Shown one piece after another: positions 56,307 to 60,668 of a stretch of DNA of 60,668 nt (position 1 is the first letter of the stretch; each line of letters opens with the position of its first letter). A program made the position numbers and the translations under genes. Where the stretch lies: NCBI GenBank assembly GCA_039029335.1, contig JBCCGJ010000001.1, forward strand, positions 1-60,668, read 5' to 3'. The notes beneath the pieces are model-generated. The model made no database searches. It was not told the DNA's origin and worked only from the letters and a program-made list of their open reading frames with translations. The DNA is from Actinomycetota bacterium (GTDB lineage Bacteria > Actinomycetota > Acidimicrobiia > Acidimicrobiales > SZUA-35).

Positions 56307-59096
56307 TCAGCCCGTGTTCCGGAGGCCGGCGGCCACGCCGTTCACGGTCAGCAGCAGTGCCCGCTGGAGATGCCTGTCGTGGTCGTCCCCGTCACCCTCG
56401 CGTGCGTCCGTCTCGGCCCGTGACCGGGCCAGCAACTCCGCCTGGAGCACGTTGATCGGATCCAGGTAGGTGTCCCGCACGGCAAGGGTCCGCTTCAGCA
56501 GCGGTAGGTCGTCGAGCAGCGTCCCGCCCTTGAGCCACCCGATGTTTGCCACCGTCCGGTCGTACTCGGCGGCGATGGTTTCGAAGAAGTGGTGCAGCTC
56601 AGGTTCCACCAGCCGATTGACGTAGTGGCGGGCGATGGCCAGGTCGGTCTTGGTCAGGGTCATCTCGACGTTCGAGAGGAACGTGGCGAAGAACGGCCAG
56701 CCGGCGTACATCGCCTGCAACTCCTCCTCGTGCCCGTTCTCCCGCGCGGTCTCCAGCGCGGTCCCGACCCCGAACCAGCCGGGGATGATCTGACGGGACT
56801 GGGTCCAGCCGAACACCCACGGGATGGCCCGCAGGTCCTCGATGCCGCCGGGACCGCCACCGCTTCGCCTGGCGGGCCGGGAGCCGATGTTCATCGCTCC
56901 GAGCTCCTCCACCGGTGTGGAGCATTGGAAATACTCGACAAGGCCGGGCGCATCGACGAGGGATCGGTACATCGCATAGGCCGACTCGGACATCAGCTCC
57001 ATGATCTCGTCCCAGCGGCCGACGGTTGCCGCATCGTGGATCGGTTTGCGGCGCAGGATCGATGCCTCCAATACGGCGGAGATCGCCAGGTCGAGGTTTC
57101 TCCTGGCCAGGCTGGGCAGCCCGTACTTGTCGGCGATGACCTCGCCCTGCTCGGTGATCTTCACCCCACCGCTGACGACGCCGGGGGGTTGGCTGAGAAT
57201 CGCCGCGTTGGTCGGCCCACCGCCGCGGCCGACGGACCCGCCGCGGCCGTGGAACACCACGATGCGAATCCCGGTTTCCGCCGACACCTCGGCCACCTGA
57301 CGGAGCGCCTTGTGGATCTCCCACTGGGAGGTGGTGATGCCGCCGTCCTTGTTTGAGTCCGAGTAGCCGACCATCACCTCCTGCACGTCGCCCCGCAGCT
57401 CGACCAGCCGCCGGTAGGGGGCGACCGACAGCAGGTCTCGGAGCACGGTCCCGATCCGCCGAAGGTCGTCGATGGTCTCGAACAGCGGGACGAACCCCAG
57501 CCGGGCGACACCGTTCGACAGGTCGATCAGACCGACGTCTCTGGCCAATACGGCCGGCGCCAGAACGTCATCCACGTTCCGGGTCATCGAGACGATGTAG
57601 CTCTGGATGATCTCGTCACCGGATCGGTCCATCTCGGTCCGGATCGTGCTCATCAACGACAGAGCGGGTGGCCCGTCCGACGCGGTCGGCGGGGCGAGCG
57701 GCCGACGGCTGGCCAGCTCCGTGGTCAGCAACTCGGTCCGTTCCGCCCGGTCGAGGTTCGGGTAGTCGATGCCGAGCGGTTCAAACAGCTGGGCCAGGCC
57801 GGCGTGGTGGCGTTCGGCGTGCTCCCGGATGTCCAGGGTCATCAGCCGGAACCCCACAAGGGCAACGATCCGCCGCACCCGGGCAAGCCGACCGCGGGCC
57901 AGCAGGCTGCCGTTGTTCTTTTCCAGCGAGTTCGACATCATCGCCAGGTCCGCCTCCAGCTCGGCCACCGACCCGTACGCCCTGCGGCCGGCCGGTGTCT
58001 CAGCGGTCTCCAACAAGCGCTGATGGATCACCGTGATCCGCTGCCGGTACGGCTCGTCGGGGCTGAGCACCCGGAGCCGGGTGGACAGGCTGTGAAACCG
58101 TTCCCGGTCCTGTTCGATCTGTGCGGCAAGCTCATCGGTGATGGGGGTTACCGCGGTGCTGACCGAGAGCTCGGACGACAGGTCCTCCATCTCGGCGATC
58201 AGCAGTCGCAGCGCCCGCGACCGCTGCAGTGCCAGCACCTCCCGGGTGGTCTCCGGGGTGACGTTCGGGTTGCCGTCGCGGTCACCGCCGACCCAGGACC
58301 CGAACCGGATCGGGACCCGGTCCGCGTTCGGTCGACCACCGATGGTCTGCAGGGTGTGGTCGATGTCGTCCAGGAGTTCCGGTACACCATCGGCAACGAT
58401 CTGGGTCACGTAGTACAGGATCGACCGGGCCTCGTCGACCGGGTCCGGCCGCTCGAGCCGTAGCTCGTCGGTTTGCCAGATGGCGTCGATCAGCTCATCG
58501 ATCCGCCGGTCGATGCGGCGGGTCCTGTTCCGGTCTGCGGACTTTTCGCCCCGTTCCTCGATCAGGACCGCGATCTCCGCAAGCTTGTCCAGGATCGAAC
58601 GCCGGGACGCCTCGGTGGGGTGGGCGGTGAAGACCGGCAGCAGTTCGGCGGAGCGGGCCGCCGCCACGATCTCCGAGTCCGACACGCCGGCGGCCTGGAT
58701 CTTCGCCACCGTCTCGACGAATCGGTTGCCGCTGGCCGGAGCCGACGAGCGGAGGTCGTCCACCCGGTGGACCTGCTCCGCGGTGTTGGCCAGATGGAAG
58801 TAGATGGTGAAAGCCCGGACCAGGCGGATCGCCTCGATCATCGGAATGTCCTCCAGGATGCCGGCCAGCTCCGCGGTGGCGTCGCCGTCGTCCCGGCGGA
58901 GCGATCGGGCCAGCGTTCTGACCTGCTCAACCCGCTCCAAAAGGTCTGGCCCGTCCTGGCGGACCAGCGCATCTCCCAGCTGTGTCCCCAGGCGGCGGAT
59001 GTCGTTCCGCAGCGCCGTGTCGATCTGACTCAGCGCATCGTCCAGTATCTGCTGGTCTGCGGCCGGTGGGGTCGGGGTCACATCGGAGTTGGTCAC
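56307..59096 (-). CDS. ppc: Phosphoenolpyruvate carboxylase
   Basis: 929 aa. VFTAHPTE, GYSDSNKDGG, FHGRGGSVGRGGGP, and the diagnostic C-terminus ...GLRNTG. Confidence 0.95.
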   Translation of the reverse strand: MTNSDVTPTPPAADQQILDDALSQIDTALRNDIRRLGTQLGDALVRQDGPDLLERVEQVRTLARSLRRDDGDATAELAGILEDIPMIEAIRLVRAFTIYFHLANTAEQVHRVDDLRSSAPASGNRFVETVAKIQAAGVSDSEIVAAARSAELLPVFTAHPTEASRRSILDKLAEIAVLIEERGEKSADRNRTRRIDRRIDELIDAIWQTDELRLERPDPVDEARSILYYVTQIVADGVPELLDDIDHTLQTIGGRPNADRVPIRFGSWVGGDRDGNPNVTPETTREVLALQRSRALRLLIAEMEDLSSELSVSTAVTPITDELAAQIEQDRERFHSLSTRLRVLSPDEPYRQRITVIHQRLLETAETPAGRRAYGSVAELEADLAMMSNSLEKNNGSLLARGRLARVRRIVALVGFRLMTLDIREHAERHHAGLAQLFEPLGIDYPNLDRAERTELLTTELASRRPLAPPTASDGPPALSLMSTIRTEMDRSGDEIIQSYIVSMTRNVDDVLAPAVLARDVGLIDLSNGVARLGFVPLFETIDDLRRIGTVLRDLLSVAPYRRLVELRGDVQEVMVGYSDSNKDGGITTSQWEIHKALRQVAEVSAETGIRIVVFHGRGGSVGRGGGPTNAAILSQPPGVVSGGVKITEQGEVIADKYGLPSLARRNLDLAISAVLEASILRRKPIHDAATVGRWDEIMELMSESAYAMYRSLVDAPGLVEYFQCSTPVEELGAMNIGSRPARRSGGGPGGIEDLRAIPWVFGWTQSRQIIPGWFGVGTALETARENGHEEELQAMYAGWPFFATFLSNVEMTLTKTDLAIARHYVNRLVEPELHHFFETIAAEYDRTVANIGWLKGGTLLDDLPLLKRTLAVRDTYLDPINVLQAELLARSRAETDAREGDGDDHDRHLQRALLLTVNGVAAGLRNTG

Positions 59097-59113
59097 ACCA
59101 AAACCCTATTGGG

Positions 59114-60307
59114 CTAGGTCCCGAATCTGGCCCGCTCGAACGGGGTGAGATCGAGGGTCGAGTCACCGGTGGCCAACCGCTGGGCCACCGCTTCGCCAAG
59201 TGCCGCGGAGTGTTTGAAGCCGTGACCGCTGCACGGTGACATCAGCAGCACCCGGTCCGACGTCGGGGCGGTGTCGATCAGGAAGTGGTCGTCCGGGGTG
59301 TTGGTGTAGAGGCACACCGAGGCCGTGCGGCAGGTGCGACCGGCACCCGCCAACTTCGGGCCGACGTGGCGGTCGTAAAAGTCCCGAATCTCGGCGTCCG
59401 ACACGGTTCGCTCGACATCCTCCGGGTGGGTCGTCGCCGCGAACTGTTCGCCCAGCACCTTCAGTGCCGGTGTGCCGCCCGGCGGGATGGGGAAGACCCC
59501 GAGGTAGTCCGCATCGGTGTCCCCGACCCACATCACAAACGGGAACCGGTCGGTCCCGAACGCCGCCGGGTCATCGACCTCGAACCAGTAGACAACCTGG
59601 CGGGTGACCGTCAGTCGGCTGCGATCCGGTTCATCGGTCAGGTCGCCCAGCCACGGCCCGGCGGCCACCACCACCTGGTCCGCCCGGTAGGTTCCCGCAT
59701 CGGTGGTCACGCTCACCTCGCGGTCGTTCGGGGTGACGGCGGTAACCGGCTCAGTCCGTCTGAGGACGGCGCCCGCCGCCTCGGCCAGCTGGAGCTGGAT
59801 CGCCACCGCCCGCTCGGCCATCACCAACCCGGCGGAGCGTTCAAAGCCGATTCGTTTCCCGGCCAGACCCCGCAGTCGGTCAAGACCGGGCCGGTTCCCG
59901 GTGTCCGCCGTCTGCTCGAACACCTCGAAGTCGATGCCGCCGGTTTTGGCGATCCGGTCCGTCTCGGTGACAAAGTCGTGCCAGCGCTGGCCGGCCACCG
60001 GCGTCTGCTCGGTGATGATGTACCCGCCGCACTGGTGGAGCAGCGAGGTGCCGGTCCGATCCTCGAGGTCCCGCCAGATCTCGTGTGATCTGGCGACAAA
60101 CGGCAGGTACTGTCGCCCTTCGCCGACGGCCAGCCGGGTGATTCTTGTCTCCGCCGTCGTCGACCCGAGATGGTGGGGCGGATCGTGACGGTCGATCCCC
60201 AGCACCCGCAGGCCGAGTGCGGTCGCGTGATGGGCCACCGCCGCCCCCATGGCGCCAAGACCCACAACGATCAGATCGAACCGCTCCGAGCTTGCTGTCA
60301 TTGGCAC
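59114..60307 (-). CDS. FAD-dependent monomeric sarcosine oxidase / N-methyltryptophan oxidase-like enzyme
   Basis: DLIVVGLGAMGAAVAHHA (GxGxxG), GSTTAETRITR (cf. GSSHGxTRIIR), and C-terminal CSGHGFKH. Confidence 0.8.
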   Translation of the reverse strand: MPMTASSERFDLIVVGLGAMGAAVAHHATALGLRVLGIDRHDPPHHLGSTTAETRITRLAVGEGRQYLPFVARSHEIWRDLEDRTGTSLLHQCGGYIITEQTPVAGQRWHDFVTETDRIAKTGGIDFEVFEQTADTGNRPGLDRLRGLAGKRIGFERSAGLVMAERAVAIQLQLAEAAGAVLRRTEPVTAVTPNDREVSVTTDAGTYRADQVVVAAGPWLGDLTDEPDRSRLTVTRQVVYWFEVDDPAAFGTDRFPFVMWVGDTDADYLGVFPIPPGGTPALKVLGEQFAATTHPEDVERTVSDAEIRDFYDRHVGPKLAGAGRTCRTASVCLYTNTPDDHFLIDTAPTSDRVLLMSPCSGHGFKHSAALGEAVAQRLATGDSTLDLTPFERARFGT

Positions 60308-60372
60308 ATGATGGAAGACCGGGTCCGAGGATGTCGACCCGGCCGGCGGGCCCGGACCGCTACGCTGCGCCC

Positions 60373-60668
60373 ATGCGGCAGAACATTCAATCCGGTGGCC
60401 CGTTCGAAGACCTCTACGGCTACTGCCGGGCGGTCCGGGTCGGCAACCAGGTGCATGTGGCCGGCACCTGTGCTCAGGACCCGAACATCGACGGCTGCGA
60501 CACCTATCAGCAGGCGGTGGCGGCGCTGGAGATCATCGAGGATGCACTCGGCCAGGCAGGAGCGTCGATGGCCGACGTGGTGCGGACGGTGACATATGTG
60601 ACCGATGTGGGGGACATGGAGCAGGTGGCCAAGGCCCACCGGGCCAAGTTCGCCGATGTCCGGCCCGC
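60373..60668 (+). CDS. RidA/YjgF/L-PSP-family protein; the 3' end runs off the window
   Basis: Hand translation from the ATG at 60373 gives MRQNIQSGGPFEDLYGYCRAVRVGNQVHVAGTCAQDP...TYQQAVAALEIIEDALGQAGASMADVVRTVTYVTD. This is a typical RidA-family pattern. It is not in the ORF track because no stop lies within the window. Confidence 0.75.
   Translation, partial: MRQNIQSGGPFEDLYGYCRAVRVGNQVHVAGTCAQDPNIDGCDTYQQAVAALEIIEDALGQAGASMADVVRTVTYVTDVGDMEQVAKAHRAKFADVRP

Overview
High-GC (about two-thirds G+C by eye), gene-dense bacterial window. Frequent GTG/TTG starts, 1-4 nt overlaps between adjacent genes, Cys-lipobox lipoproteins and an apparently leaderless promoter suggest Actinomycetota, possibly an Acidimicrobiia-like lineage; this taxonomic guess is weak. 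I support 33 protein-coding genes. I found no rRNA, tRNA, CRISPR array, transposase or integrase.

The window has two parts.

(A) Positions 1-33108 are a cell-envelope accessory island. It encodes a Wzx/Wzy-type glycan assembly set: a PglC-like phosphoglycosyl transferase, two GT4 glycosyltransferases, a flippase, a polymerase-like membrane protein, a PIG-L deacetylase, a formyltransferase and a sulfotransferase. Fused to this set are a two-protein mini polyketide line and its own Sfp-type PPTase. The line consists of a DH / FkbM-methyltransferase / FkbH / carrier-protein loader and a KS-AT-KR-CP-TE synthase whose thioesterase has a GxCxG cysteine nucleophile. The island also carries two paralogous FG-GAP-like beta-propeller surface proteins. 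One is 603 aa and membrane-anchored, with an in-frame 24-bp VNTR. The other is 3950 aa and carries about 30 Calx-beta domains arranged in a 3/5-unit super-repeat. I consider this the most interesting system in the window, but its novelty cannot be established without database searches.

(B) Positions 33109-60668 are mostly metabolic or housekeeping genes:
- TetR regulator
- Xsc-like ThDP enzyme
- cobS and cobT
- GNAT acetyltransferase
- fused indolepyruvate:ferredoxin oxidoreductase
- FGGY kinase
- aryl-CoA ligase
- alpha/beta hydrolase
- ECF sigma factor with a BNR-repeat membrane partner
- O-antigen-ligase/TPR protein
- RCK-gated K+ channel
- ppc
- sarcosine-oxidase-like flavoenzyme
- RidA

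This part also contains an orphan module: a roughly 800-aa protein of unknown function with an EF-hand loop, overlapping by ATGA with a lipoprotein gene. Several intergenic repeats or structures are notable as well: a 5-unit 22-23 bp tandem array, an 18-bp perfect palindrome, a doubled CCAAATTTGG palindrome and a G3-tract-rich spacer.

All functional calls come from motifs read in the translations and from remembered family signatures. No searches were run.
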